Shown piece by piece: positions 20,005 through 33,189 of a stretch of DNA of 64,000 bases (the first letter of the stretch is position 1; each line of letters opens with the position of its first letter). The translations under genes and the position numbers were made by a program. The stretch comes from Eledone cirrhosa. Its lineage: Eukaryota. The notes under the pieces were generated by a model that saw only the letters and a program-made list of their open reading frames with translations, was not told where the DNA came from and made no database searches. The stretch covers positions 146,692,001 through 146,756,000 of the forward strand of contig OZ024742.1 of assembly GCA_964016885.1 (NCBI GenBank), in the 5' to 3' direction.

Positions 20005-22680
20005 AGGTTAATTATGTAGTAATAATCTATATATTTGGTTCATTATGTTATGTAGTAATAATCTATATATCTGGTTAATTATGTTATGTAGTAATGATCT
20101 ATATATCTGGTCAATTATGTTATGTAGTAATGATCTATATATCTGGTTAATTATGTTATCCTAAATGGACGGTAGTCCGTTTAGTAATATTGTTGTGGTC
20201 GTGTTTTCGTTGGCAATCGTCTGTTTACGACAGTACAGCGCGGCTCTACTTTATTTAACTGAGATAAAACTTATATGAGCATGAACAGTAGATCATTATG
20301 CATCTTTTGGCTTAAAAATCTAGAAATTTGGTCCAGCGGGAAAAAGTTTATAATCAAAGTTTGCTGATAAATCTTGTGTTCAAGTGAGTGAGTAGTAAGC
20401 GTGACGCTAGGGGAGGTAATTACGAGGTAATTACAAGGGGAGGTAATCTAATATATTTCAAATTGTATTTTTAACTAAATTCATTTATCATAGTCTAATA
20501 TTTTAAAAATAGGTGAGTGCTCCACGATGATGACCCATGTCCCCGCCATGTGGAGGGGATGCTTAGGAGCCATCCAGATATCATGTGACCATTTTTGGTT
20601 CGCGGTGTCCACATGATATCTGGATGGCCCTTTATACTAATTAGTCATTTATCTGCATAAAAATTATACCAGATCATTCTGATTATTGGCTTGAAATCTT
20701 TTACAAAATTAGTATGAGCAACTAAGAGGTCATCAATAGAATCAATAGAAATAGAATTACTTTTTGAAGTTTTCATGCACAGCATTTTTGGGGATTTTAA
20801 ATAAAAGTTAATATCATAATTCTTATTTTGTATACCCACATTGCAGATACAAAGAAACATGACAATCCTATATAAAGGTCGTAGACAGCAGTATCAGATT
20901 TTATCCGTAACACCATTGGAATGCACAAGTTTTACCAATTCACTATTATGCACTAATCATCTCAAATACATTCATGATTTACTAGCTTTGTCATTAAGCC
21001 AGTTGCCTCAACTAGATTGCAATTATACTCAAAAGAACTTTAAAATGTCAATCACTTGTCAGTAATTCACTATGATCTTTTAATTATTAGATAGTTGTTG
21101 CTTGCATTGCCTTAAAAAATAGTAGACCAGATAGAAAAATGCGTACAGCAAAAAAAGGTAATATTGTTGGAATATAAACCTTTAAAAATACAGGACAAGA
21201 AACTAAAATAAAACTTTAAAAGAATAGGACAAGAAACTAAGATAAAACTTTAAAGAATTGGACAAGAAATAAAAAATTTTACAATAATATTAGTGGCAAA
21301 ACTTTTTTATTCGTTTCCTGTGCTATGCCCCAGTATCTTCTTGATTAGTGCATAATAATTGTCATGCTCTCATTGTGCGTTGCCCCTGGGCGGTTGGTTC
21401 TGGTTGGGGTTGGTTGGCTGAGCAGTTCTGCTCCGTCAGAATGACCAGTGCAAGAAGAATTGGCCGATGCAGCTGCAGGTCTCCTCCAAGAATGCAATTC
21501 TGGTCCCGCAACACCGGACGAAGATGGAGAAGACGACCGGGACAAGATGTCGACTCTGACCACCGACTACGGCACCTCCCTCAACCACCGGTCCTCCCTC
21601 CCTCTGTCCCGTCATCCCTCCAGTCCTCCTGCTCCCCCTTCCTGTACCAGAAAGCTGTGGCACGCATTCATCTGGACTGCCGGACTTGAACTCAAGGACA
21701 AGATGCAAGGAGAAGATGGACGGGTTGGTCAAGATCAAGGATGAGCGGGACGACAAGACCATCCGCTGCTGCTCAAGATCTGTGCTCATGGGCCCATGGG
21801 TCCATTCACATTATGCATGACACATGAGGCGTGTCGCCGAATGATGAAATAGGGGTATGGTTATGGCCCAATTGGTGTTCAAACCAGGATCAAATGATCC
21901 CCCAGGTCTGACGACGACCTCGGAATGTGGAACCCAGAGCCTATGAATGTGGAACTCGATTTTTTACCAATAAAAGTTTTGCCACTAATATTATTGTAAA
22001 ATTTTTTATTTCTTGTCCAATTCTTTAAAGTTTTATCTTAGTTTCTTGTCCTATTCTTTTAAAGTTTTATTTTAGTTTCTTGTCCTGTATTTTTAAAGGT
22101 TTATATTCCAACAATATTACCTTTTTTTGCTGTATGCATTTTTCTATCTGGTGTAGAAATGATCAACAAATTTGCTTCATTATGTTGTAATGATCTATAG
22201 ATTTGGTTAATTATGTTATGTAGTAATGATCTATATATCTGGTTCATTATGTGATAATGATCTATAGTTCTGGTTTGTTATATGATAATGACCTATAGAT
22301 CTATAGATCTGGTCATTGTGTGATAATGGTCTATAGATCTGGTCATTGTGTAATAATGGTCTATAGATCTGATCATTGTGTGATAATGACGTATAGATCT
22401 ATAGACATGGTTCATTATATGATAATTGTTTCTACTTTAGGCACAAGGCCAGCAATTACCCAGTGCATTACTGGTACTTTATTTTATCGACCCCGTAAGG
22501 ATGAAAGGCAAAGTTGACCTCGGCGGGATTTGAACTCAGATCGTATATGATAATGGTCTATAGATCTATAGATATGGTTCATTATATGATAATGGTCTAT
22601 AGATCTATAGATCTGGTCATTGTGTGATAATGGTCTATAGATCTATAGATTTGGTTCATTATTCATCCATGATCTATAGA
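20005..22680. repeat. ~36-bp minisatellite (TATGTTATGTAGTAATGATCTATATATCTGGTTAAT) split by a 2-kb insertion (20160-22152)
   Basis: Same unit at 20005-20160 and 22152-22680. Confidence 0.8.
21126..22152. mobile_element. Unclassified element: ~185-bp near-perfect inverted repeats around a GC-rich ~650-bp core
   Basis: Arms 21126-21311 and 21969-22152 with three internal GGACAAGAAA subrepeats. Confidence 0.75.
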
Positions 22681-24429
22681 TCCTGATTTTGTTTTGAACT
22701 GAACATAAAAATATAAAGCATAAATGCTGCGACATTAATCAAATTCATTAAAATACAACATTGTTGCTAAATGAACTAAGATGCACAATTTAAATATTCT
22801 TTCTTTATACACAACCCTAATATAATTGTTTCTATTTTTGGCACAAGGCCAGCAATTACCCAGTGCATTACTGGTACTTTATTTTATCGACAACGTAAGG
22901 ATGAAAGGCAAAGTTAACCTCGGCGGGATTTGAACCCTGTTATTGGGGTCTAATATTTTATAGTGTGACTGTATTAATTTAAACTTGATATTTTGTGTTA
23001 TAATTTTTGTTAATGTAAAGTTAAGTTAGAAACTCTAACACAAAATAAAAATTGTTTTCTCCATGTAAAAATTCTGATTTGATTTATTAGGGATGGTTTG
23101 CATTATGGTGTCAATAATATATTATGAATAATGTGATTTATTCAACCACTTTTATTTATGAGAAAAATAATAAATAATTAAGCTCATTTACTGTGTAACA
23201 AGGTTTAATGTATTGAAATAGAGAAATAGAATGGCAAGCCTATAAATTTCTATCTGACAAAAATGAAGTAAATCTGCCCATTAACTATTGTTGTTCAATT
23301 TGATTATTATAATTTGTTTGAAAAGTGATATACTGTTTACCTTTGTTTAAAATTCTTTTATGGAAGGATGGAGTAATAGATGCTGTTCATAAATGGCCTT
23401 TCTATAAATGGCCTAGCTGTGCTATGATGTCACCTTTTGCTTGGTGACTGTTAAATTGGCATTGTAGATGTTTTCATTTAGCCAGGAATTGTCTAGAAGA
23501 CTGAACTCTGCCAATGTTGTTTGTTCCCTGTACATTGATGTTATGTCATTTCTTATAATTTTGCATCAAAGAGATTTTATGCCATAAATGATGTTGTGTT
23601 ATATTTTTTAAGGAATTGGGTCTAGTTTGTAGATTTTTTTAGGAATGATTATTTATCAGAGAAAGCAACCACGCTGTCCCACATGTCTTGACTTTCATAT
23701 TGAGTGGGGGATTAAACCAAATTAGGTTCCCCTTTATGCTTCTATGATAGTTGATTGATCATTATGGCGCTCAATAAAGAAATAATTATTTTGGCTATGT
23801 AAGACTACTATTGTATATCCATTTGAGTATCTCTCTGTCAAGTATCATGTTGTCCCTCTAATGAAAGACCATGACCAACCTATCTCTTTTTCCCCATATA
23901 TGACAGCATTATTTAATGTGACCTTCCTATAGTAAGGTTGAGTATGCTGTAGTTATAATAGATATTTTACTACCATTTCTAATAGGTTGAATAAGCACAT
24001 TAAAGTCTTCCTGGAGAGTTCTTCCTTGTCTTGTCATAACAGTCTACTAACCTATCAGGTTTCCCAACACCCCTTCTTTTTTTTAATATCTGCTGAATAC
24101 TTTAACTACATAGTTTCCCTAGATAAATAACCACTTAGTCCAGGATTTTCTTTCCCTTTAATAAACTTTCTTCCCTAATCCAGAAATAATCTCATTGGAT
24201 TGATACGGAATTACAAATTCAATTGCCAAGAAAAACCTAAGATGTAGACTTCCAACATAAAATCTCTTCCATTCCACCATGGCTCTGACAAGATATAGTA
24301 GAATTAGGAAAAACGCCATAGTATCTTTTGTCCTGGAGCTGGTATAAACTCCAAGGTTTATTTTGTGTACAGAAAGGAATAGCAAATAAAATATAAAATA
24401 ATATCTTTTGAAGCATGCACACCTATGAA

Positions 24430-24830
24430 CATACACATACATACATATACACACACATAAATGCACACAAACCTACACACACACATGCACACATACACAC
24501 ACAAATATACACAGACACACACATACACAAACAAACACACACCTACACACACATATACACATACACACATGCAAACACACGCACACCTACACACAAACAA
24601 ATACAAAAATGCATTCACACACATACACATACACACATACAAACATCACTCACAGATACAAAACAGACTCAGACACACAAACACACAAACAAACCATACA
24701 CACACATACACACATACAAAACCCACATATGCATGTAAACACACACACTCACAAACACATGCATACACACACATAGATACACATAAACACACATACAGAA
24801 ATATACACCCACACATCAATACACACATCA
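24430..24830. repeat. CA-rich low-complexity tract
   Basis: Direct reading. Confidence 0.9.
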
Positions 24831-25176
24831 ACAATTTGTATTATTATTATTATTATTATTACCATTATTATTACCTTTAGAAATAAATCTTTATTATATA
24901 TAAAAAACAGAAAGCAAGAATTCTGGAGAAACTTGTTGGTGAATCAAGATGCTGTTTATAGGAAAATACGGGGTAAAAAATGGTTCTTCTCCTTGGTTCA
25001 AGAAAGGAGTTGTTTATATTTTTTATTTTTCCACTTTTAATCTTGTTGAAAGTTTGTGTCGAAGATTAACTTTGGAATTCAAAACGGACAAAAGCAAAAC
25101 AAACTATCATTTTTTTAATTTCTTCTGAAATATTCACTAGAAACTACTACTACTACTAGTACTACTACTACTGCTA

Positions 25177-25209
<33 letters not shown>

Positions 25210-25380
25210 ATGTTGCTACCACTACTGCTGCTGCTGCTGCTGCTGCCACTGAAGCACATTCTTTCAACTATAACCTTGGCTTGAACAATATCTTGTGAGT
25301 GAAATTTGGTAGATGGAAGCTGTGTGGAATACTGTCATTTATATATGTATGTGTATATACACACACACACATATATATAT

Positions 25381-25590
25381 ATGGCCGAGTTGTTAGAGAA
25401 TTGGATTCGCAATCGTGAGGTTGTGAGTTCGATTCCCGAACCGGGCGATGCGGTGTGTTCTTGGGCAAGACACCTTATTTCACGTTGCTCCTTCTACCTG
25501 GAGTTGCGACCGATAGATAGTATTAGCAATTGGAAAGACCAATGGAAACATTGTTTCCTCGGTCCGATTTGACGAAAGTCGATCGACTGT
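25381..25590 (+). mobile_element. tRNA-derived SINE (family 1-like head, different tail)
   Basis: TGGCCGAGTTG / GAGTTCGATTCC boxes, TTGGGCAAGACACCTTATTTCA core. Confidence 0.75.
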
Positions 25591-25592
25591 CA

Positions 25593-25648
<56 letters not shown>

Positions 25649-25650
<2 letters not shown>

Positions 25651-26232
25651 GAAAGACGACAGCTGTATAAAAAAGTGCAGGGCAATAAAAATAGACGGTA
25701 GCCACGGAGTAGGCAGACCCAGAAAAACCTGGGACGACTTGATAAATTCCAACCTCACACACTTACACCTCTCCAAGACAATGTCACTGGACCGAGATCT
25801 TTGGCGCTATACAGTAATAGAGAAGACCCGCCTTACCTAAGTGAAAAGTGAAACCTACTACAGTGAGTAGGCACCTCTAACAAAATACACCCCCGTCCCA
25901 CTACCCCCACCCCATCCACACCACCCCTTTCAATGTAAAGTTATGTTGGTACCATAACATCCAGCCCGAAACAAATGAGGTCGTGTAGGTGTCACGACAA
26001 AAAAACACACAGTCCACGCTATAATGTGGCCGTGTAGGTAACACGGTAAAAACCTCCCAGTTCCACACTGTAAATGTGGTTGGTGTTAGGAAGGGCATCC
26101 AGCCGTAGAAAACCCGCCAGACAGTCCTATGTGAGCAAGACAACCACTCTTGCCTCAAGTGGGAAAACTCCCATCCAAACCCATGAGGACGTGGAATATG
26201 GACGTTAAACGATGATGATGATGATGATGATG
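25649..26232 (+). mobile_element. RTE LINE 3' fragment with long 3' UTR
   Basis: GRPRKTWDDLI...; (GAT)n tail. Confidence 0.9.
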
Positions 26233-26250
26233 ATATATATATATAGATAT

Positions 26251-26336
<86 letters not shown>

Positions 26337-26338
<2 letters not shown>

Positions 26339-28376
26339 TCATCATCATCATCATCATCATTTTACGTCCGCTTTTCCCTGCTTGCAAGGGTGGGACGGGT
26401 CTTATTCAGCACAGCATCTCTCCACTCGTCACGGTCCCTCGTCATCTCCATCGTGAGCTTCAATGATCTGAGGTCCGTTCTCACCACCTCCGCCCATGTC
26501 TTTCGTGGTCTACCTCTACCACGTCTTCCTTCAACTGGCATTTCGTGGCACTTCTTCACCCATCGGTCATTCTCCATGCGCATCACATGTCCATACCACC
26601 TCAGTCTCCTCTCCCGTACACTACATTCTATCCCTCTCAGACACAGTTTCTCTCTCAACACATTTATGCTGGGTCGTTCACGCACATTTACACTGCACAT
26701 CCAATGGAGCATGCTTGCCTCATTTCTCTCCAGCCATCGCATATCCTCTGCGGTTGCTGCCCATGTCTCACTACCATGCAGCATCGCGCTCCTCACACAG
26801 GCATCATACAACCGGCCTTTCGTACGCAGGGAGAAACCCTTCTTCGTCAACAGAGGAAGCAGCTCCCTAAACTTCTTCCAACCCGTCCTTATTCTAGATA
26901 CTATGGCCTCGGAACACCCTCCTCCCATGCTAATCTGATCTCCTAGGTACCGGAAGCTATCCACCACTTCTATAGCGCCCTCTCGCATTTGAAAAATGTG
27001 TCTATCAGTGCGACTTCTACTGTCTAATTTCCCTGTACATCTACTGCATACATATTTCTCCCTACCTGTTAGTTTGCCTGCTATCCCGCTACATCTCTTG
27101 TGTACCCAGGACCTGCATTGTGTGCATTTTATAGAATTTATGCCAGTTCCTTTTCTGCATATCGAACATGGCCATTTCCCTGACGGAATCAGGGTTTTGT
27201 CCTCTTTTCTACTCATCAACACTTTTGTCTTAGCTAGATTTACTCTCAGTCCTCTTGCTTCCAACTGCTGTTTCCATAGCCGGAATTTATTCTCTAGCTC
27301 CTCTACTGATTCTGCTATAAGAGCCAGATCGTCAGCATAGAGAAGTTCCCATGGACAGCCAGTCTTAAACTCCTCTGTTATGGCTTGGAGGACTATAATG
27401 AACAAGAGCGGGCTGAGGACCGAACCCTGATGTACTCCTACTTGTATCTGGAATTCCTCACTAAACTCCATTCCTACCCTGACTTTACTGAGAGTACCTC
27501 TGTACAAAGTTTGCACTGTCCTCACAAGCCATTCCTCAACACCTAGCTTCCTTAGGGACCACCAGATGACAGATCGGGGTACCCTATCAAAGGCCTTCTC
27601 TAGGTCAACAAAGGCTAAGTATAGTGGCTTATTCTTCTCTAAGAACCTCTCTTGCATTTGTCTCACCAAGAAGAGGGCATCTGTTGTACTCTTCCCAGGC
27701 ACAAAACCAAACTGCATCTCATCTAGTTTGACCCTTTCTCTAATTAGTTGTGCTAAAATCCTTTCTGCCACTTTCATAACCTGATCTATCAGTTTTATAC
27801 CCCTATAATTGCTCCTCTCCAAAACATCCCCTTTACCTTTGTAGCAATTTATGAGAATACTGCTGCACCAGTCTTTGGGTATGACACCACCATATATAGC
27901 CTGATTGATGATGCGTGCAACCAGTTTAGTGCCTACGTCCCCTGATGCCTTCAGCATCTCAGCAACTATTCCCGATGGTCCGGCCGCCTTACCATTTTTC
28001 ATTTCCCTAATCGCCTCTTGGACCCTATATTCGTCAATCTCAATAGCTGGTCCCTCTGTCGGATCTACCAAGGGTAATTTCTCTCTCTCCCATTCGTTCT
28101 CTACATTCATCAGTCTCTCATAATGACATTTCCAGGCCTCCTTTTTCTGGTCATTCGCGACACTAAGTACACCGGCATCATCCCGGACACATTTATCTCC
28201 AACAACATCCTGATTTGCATTGACACACTGCCTTGCAATGTGGAACACCGCACGCCTCTAATCTTCCGGTCGCAGAAGATTGGCAAACCTCCTACTCTCT
28301 GCCTCCCTGCGTGCTAAGTACACCTGACGTCTAGCTTCTCTCTTAGTGGCTGTATATTCTTCCCTACTCCCACCCT
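26337..28376 (-). mobile_element. Young 5'-truncated RTE LINE
   Basis: Contains uninterrupted 628-aa RT ORF; (CAT)n tail; flanked by (TA)n. Confidence 0.95.
26362..28248 (-). CDS. RTE-clade non-LTR reverse transcriptase with PHD-type C4HC3 finger (N-terminally truncated, lacks APE)
   Basis: KAAGPSGI, NYRGIKL, QFGF, FVDLEKAFDRV, QGSVLSPLLF, LYADDL, FRYLG, RLRWYGHVMR, GRPRKTW motifs. Confidence 0.9.
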   Translation of the reverse strand: MFHIARQCVNANQDVVGDKCVRDDAGVLSVANDQKKEAWKCHYERLMNVENEWEREKLPLVDPTEGPAIEIDEYRVQEAIREMKNGKAAGPSGIVAEMLKASGDVGTKLVARIINQAIYGGVIPKDWCSSILINCYKGKGDVLERSNYRGIKLIDQVMKVAERILAQLIRERVKLDEMQFGFVPGKSTTDALFLVRQMQERFLEKNKPLYLAFVDLEKAFDRVPRSVIWWSLRKLGVEEWLVRTVQTLYRGTLSKVRVGMEFSEEFQIQVGVHQGSVLSPLLFIIVLQAITEEFKTGCPWELLYADDLALIAESVEELENKFRLWKQQLEARGLRVNLAKTKVLMSRKEDKTLIPSGKWPCSICRKGTGINSIKCTQCRSWVHKRCSGIAGKLTGREKYVCSRCTGKLDSRSRTDRHIFQMREGAIEVVDSFRYLGDQISMGGGCSEAIVSRIRTGWKKFRELLPLLTKKGFSLRTKGRLYDACVRSAMLHGSETWAATAEDMRWLERNEASMLHWMCSVNVRERPSINVLREKLCLRGIECSVRERRLRWYGHVMRMENDRWVKKCHEMPVEGRRGRGRPRKTWAEVVRTDLRSLKLTMEMTRDRDEWRDAVLNKTRPTLASREKRT

Positions 28377-28550
28377 TTTATATATATATCATTCAAGTTA
28401 TTTTGATCAGCTAAATGTAGAACTGGTGATTCTGGTAGAAAAATCATGATGCAACAAATTACTAAAGCATTCAATGTATAGTGATTTTGTGGAATTAAAA
28501 TTTACAGCATATCTTCCAGTCCAGCCTTCTGTTGTCGTTATATATCTATA

Positions 28551-28623
<73 letters not shown>

Positions 28624-29331
28624 ATATATATATAGATATTTATATGATGATGATGATGGCTGCCCGCTCATTATCAAGTATTGCCATTGCACGATATAAC
28701 ATTATTAATAATTATTAATTAATTCTATCGTGCAATGCCTGTACGTGAAGATTTTTTTAAAGTGAGGAAAGATTGTGCACTGAGCCAATCCCATTCTCTG
28801 AGCGACCATAGCTATAACCTGAAAAGAAGAAAAGATTAACATCATCGGTAACCACTGAGCCGTCCTTTGTCACGTTTTGTTTTTTGTCCTGCAGGGTGTC
28901 CAAAATCACCCTCCTCACCAAGTAAATTTGGTGGGGTTGCTGGTTTAGTTGCCGACGACCATGCAACATGTTGTACTGGGTTACACGTTACCAGTAGCAC
29001 TCAAGAGTGACCCGGCATATATACATACATACATACATACAAACACGCTAGCATGGAAAATGAATGTTAAACAGTGATGAAGATATATTTTTAAAAGACA
29101 ACATAATGTTTACTATTTGTTTATATTTTGAAACTTAGCAGTTCAACAAAAGGCGATCAATAATTATTAGATATATTCCAGACTTTTTTAGAAAATATGT
29201 ATTGAGGTTGATATGATCAACTGAATCCCTTCAAAGTAGTACCCCAACGTGGCCACAGTCTAATGAGTGAAATCTGTAAAAAAATAAAAGAATAGTATTT
29301 GGCACACTCACCATGATGTAATCCACCAATC

Positions 29332-29560
29332 TCATTTAACATCATTGCCCAATTTATTGTGATGTTTCCTTTGTAAAATTTTGAGACAAGCCATGACATT
29401 GATAACATTTTCATGGGTGACTGCAAGGCTAAGGCAAAGGAGTAGCCAAGCACCCTGGTGAGCATAACCTGATACTTCAGTAAGGTGAGCTGCTAATGAT
29501 GACAAAAACTTCGTTGTCAGTTGCCCAACTTCCCACAAACATCTTGAAATCCATGTAATT
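29332..29560 (-). mobile_element. CRE/RLE-type LINE C-terminal fragment (further copies ~30036-30150 plus and ~36580-36790 plus)
   Basis: FLSSLAAHLTEVSG...WLLLCLSLAVTHENVINV resembles the ...L.E.TGD.RE...L.QRLSLA.QRGNA..V tail of RLE elements. Confidence 0.55.
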
Positions 29561-31579
29561 TACCAATAAATTCCACAGTGATTTCCACCTGTAAGATATA
29601 GGATGTGTGAAAGAGCAAAAGAATCACTTTATAATGATAGTCCATGTGAGCCTTCTACCTCTAGCCTAAGAGAAAAAGGTAAGACCATCGAATCATAACA
29701 ATCCAGCTGGCTCCAGAATTGAGTGGATATTGACTCTGGCTAGTACTTGAGCCCTAGTATTGAAATTATTTTATTAAAAAAATAATTGTTTCTACTTTTG
29801 GCACAAGGCCATCAATTACCCAGTACATTACTGGTACTTTATTTTATCGACCCCGTAAAATAAAGTACCAGTAATGTACTGGGTAATTGATGGCCTTGTG
29901 CCAAAAATTTAATTAAATAATGACAATCCCATAGCAACATTATATGCCTACAAAACTCAACAAAGCCTTATTTACAACAAACACTGCTACAAATCTCATA
30001 AAGAAGTTTGAATAGAAAATTCATTGATAGAAACTTACCTTACTGAAGTATTAGGTGAGGCTTGTGAAAGTATTCAGCTATTCCAGCATCTTAGCCTTGC
30101 TATCACCGCCTCAAAGTTTTTTAGATGGAAACATCAACATTGTTGGAATATGTAATTGAGTGTGCATGTCTTCTTCCATTTTTTGTTTTCCCTTTCATCT
30201 GACTCTTTCTTATTGTTTTGTTTCTTTTACTAATCATAAACATTATATAATTTAATTAGGATAAAATTGTGTTAAGCAGTAAAATAAAAATCTTTATGCC
30301 ATATTCCAAGGACTGGTTGACCATCACTTGAAGAGAGAATAGAAAAAGCTATAAAAACATTGCAAGAAGACTAAATTCAAATGTAATTAGACAGAAATGT
30401 TCTAATTCTGTAAGTAGAGCTTGTGATATCCCCAAGAGTGTTTGTAATCCATTTTCTTGTGGATTACAAACATACAAAATGTCTCCATTACAATTAATTG
30501 CACATAAAGATAAAATAATGTTTAGAATTTTCCTAATGGATTCTGAATAATCAAACCTTGCTGAATGATTTGGTTTGGTCAGAGGCATCTCTTTTTTCTC
30601 TAGACATGTTGGGTAACTCTTTTGTAAACGTATTTTTTAATGAAATACAGTCTATTTCAATTAACTAATAAAGAATTTTGAGATATTTACCAAAATTTCT
30701 AATTATTTCATTATAGAGACAGTACCTTAATGTATGGTTCTTATATAAAATTATGTTGGCAAATTTTAATTTAGATAGTAACTCTTTAAAATGTATGCTT
30801 TTGTTTCATAGAACCAGAGCTAGTTTTATCTGGGTTGGTATAAAAAGGAATAATAACCATAACTGCATTATTTGGCATCATGAAAACCCATAAATACAAT
30901 TTCACTATTGCAGAATAATACAATAACAAGCATTTTAACCCCTTTCTTACCACATTTTTTTTATGAAAAATACTACCTCGATTTTCAAATAATTTTCAAA
31001 GTAATAAAATATTTTAAGGAATTTTGCAATATAACTCTCATAATTTTGCAATATAACTCTCATTATTAAGGTGGTTGGAACGTAACTGAACAAACATTCT
31101 TTCATAAAATTATAATGGTAGATTTTAGATAGATATAAATACTTTTAAACAAACAGCTTTGGTCCTGTGGAACTAGTAGTGGCTTCAGGCACTTTCGTAT
31201 TAAATATGCTATAGTGATTTTCTCTGCAAAAGCTGAGGTTAGCTTTATGGGCTCCATAGGGGGCCCTTTTTGAGGTAATGTTTTGCAGCTGGATATCCTT
31301 TTAATCTACCAACCCTTTTAGTCCCCTCTGGTGACACACAGAAATATAGTATATCTAATCAAAACCTACTCTGAAACCACAAAAGTAATGCTATCACACT
31401 TTTACCATTTCTATAGATTATCTTCAATACTTCATGTCTGGTGACTAAAATCATTTTCAAATTTAATATTTTAAATGGATGAAATATCTAACTCCATTGA
31501 TCATCTATTTTTTTGATTGGTTATCATTATTGGCTTATTTAAAAGATGGTATTTGGCACACCTCTATTGTTTGAATGCA

Positions 31580-32640
31580 TTGATGTGTGTGTGTATATGT
31601 ACGCATGTATTTGTATGTGAATGCGTGATATATGTGTGTGTGTATGTATGATGATATGAAAGTGTATGTAAGCATATATTTGTGTGTGTATGCGTGATGA
31701 TATGTGTCTGTGTATTTGTGTGCATGTGTGATGATATGTATGTGTATATATGATGCATATCATATATACACACACACATATGTATGCATGTATTTGTGTG
31801 TGCATGCATGATGATATGTATCTGTGTGTGTGTGTACATGTAAGCTGATATGTGTGTGTGTGTGTGTGTGTGTGTATGATGATATATATGTGTGTGTGTA
31901 CATGTAAGCTGATATGCGTGTGTGTGTGTGTGTGTGTATGATGATATATATGTATGTGTGTACATGTAAACTGATATGTATGTATATGTGTGTGTGTGTG
32001 TTTGTGTGTATGTATGATGATATCTATGTGTGTGTACATGTAAACTGATATGTATGTATGTGTGTGTGTGTGTTTGTGTGTGTATGTATGATGATATCTA
32101 TGTGTGTGTACATATAAACTGATATGTATGTATGTGTGTGTGTGTTTGTGTGTGTACATGTAAACTGATATGTATGTATATGTGTGTGTGTTTGTGTGTG
32201 TACATGTAAACTGATATGTATGTATATGTGTGTGTGTGTGTTTGTGTGTATGTGTGATGATATCTATGTGTGTGTACATGTAAACTGATATGTATGTATA
32301 TGTGTGTGTGTGTGTTTGTGTGTATGTGTGATGATATCTATGTGTGTGTACATGTAAACTGATATGTATGTATATGTGTGTGTGTTTGTGTGTGTTTGTG
32401 TGTATGTATGATGATATCTATGTGTGTGTACATGTAAACTGATATGTATGTATATGTGTGTGTGTTTGTGTGTGTACATGTAAACTGATATGTATGTATA
32501 TGTATGTGTGTGTGTTTGTGTGTGTATGTATGATGATATCTATGTGTGTGTACATGTAAACTGATATGTATGTTTGTATGTATATGTATATGTGTGTGTG
32601 TGTGTGTATGTATGATGATATGCATGTGCGTATATGTAGA
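31580..32640. repeat. Compound GT-rich minisatellite (TGTACATGTAAACTGATATGTATG units)
   Basis: Direct reading. Confidence 0.9.
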
Positions 32641-33054
32641 CCATAACACCATAGCGTATCCATGTAATGTGTGATACTGATACTGGTGTGTATTACAATG
32701 TGGTATATCAGTGGTAGTATGTGATCATAGTATGTATCTCTATGTTGTACGAATGTGATGTGTGAGTAAAGCTGACTCTGTCATTAGAAATGACTGCAGG
32801 AAGAAGTAGAGCTCACTACAAGAGGTAACCGTATAACCGTATCAGTATAATACATGATTAGTGAGTCTATTAGAGATAAGATGGATACTACTGAGGAATA
32901 TATTTAGATAATTCTTCACAGAATTATGGAAATGATAAATAAATAATGATAACTGCTATAGACAAAAAGACAGAAAGACTGGTTTCATGATTTCACAGCA
33001 GAGAGGAGGTAGATTGCTGGAGGACTATGTCTATGACACATGCGTTGACACACA

Positions 33055-33148
<94 letters not shown>

Positions 33149-33189
33149 AATGATTTCTTTATTTATTTATAATAATAATAATAATAATA

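Noticed and set aside
23000-25100. Possible very old LINE on the minus strand
   Set aside because: No motif could be read with enough confidence to classify it
26390-27340. Plus-strand ORFs of 110-180 aa
   Set aside because: Antisense shadows of the RTE ORF
28683-28739. 12-bp stem CATTGCACGATA/TATCGTGCAATG resembling a miR-25/92-like seed hairpin
   Set aside because: Similarity is limited to a few bases and the rest of the hairpin is low-complexity AT
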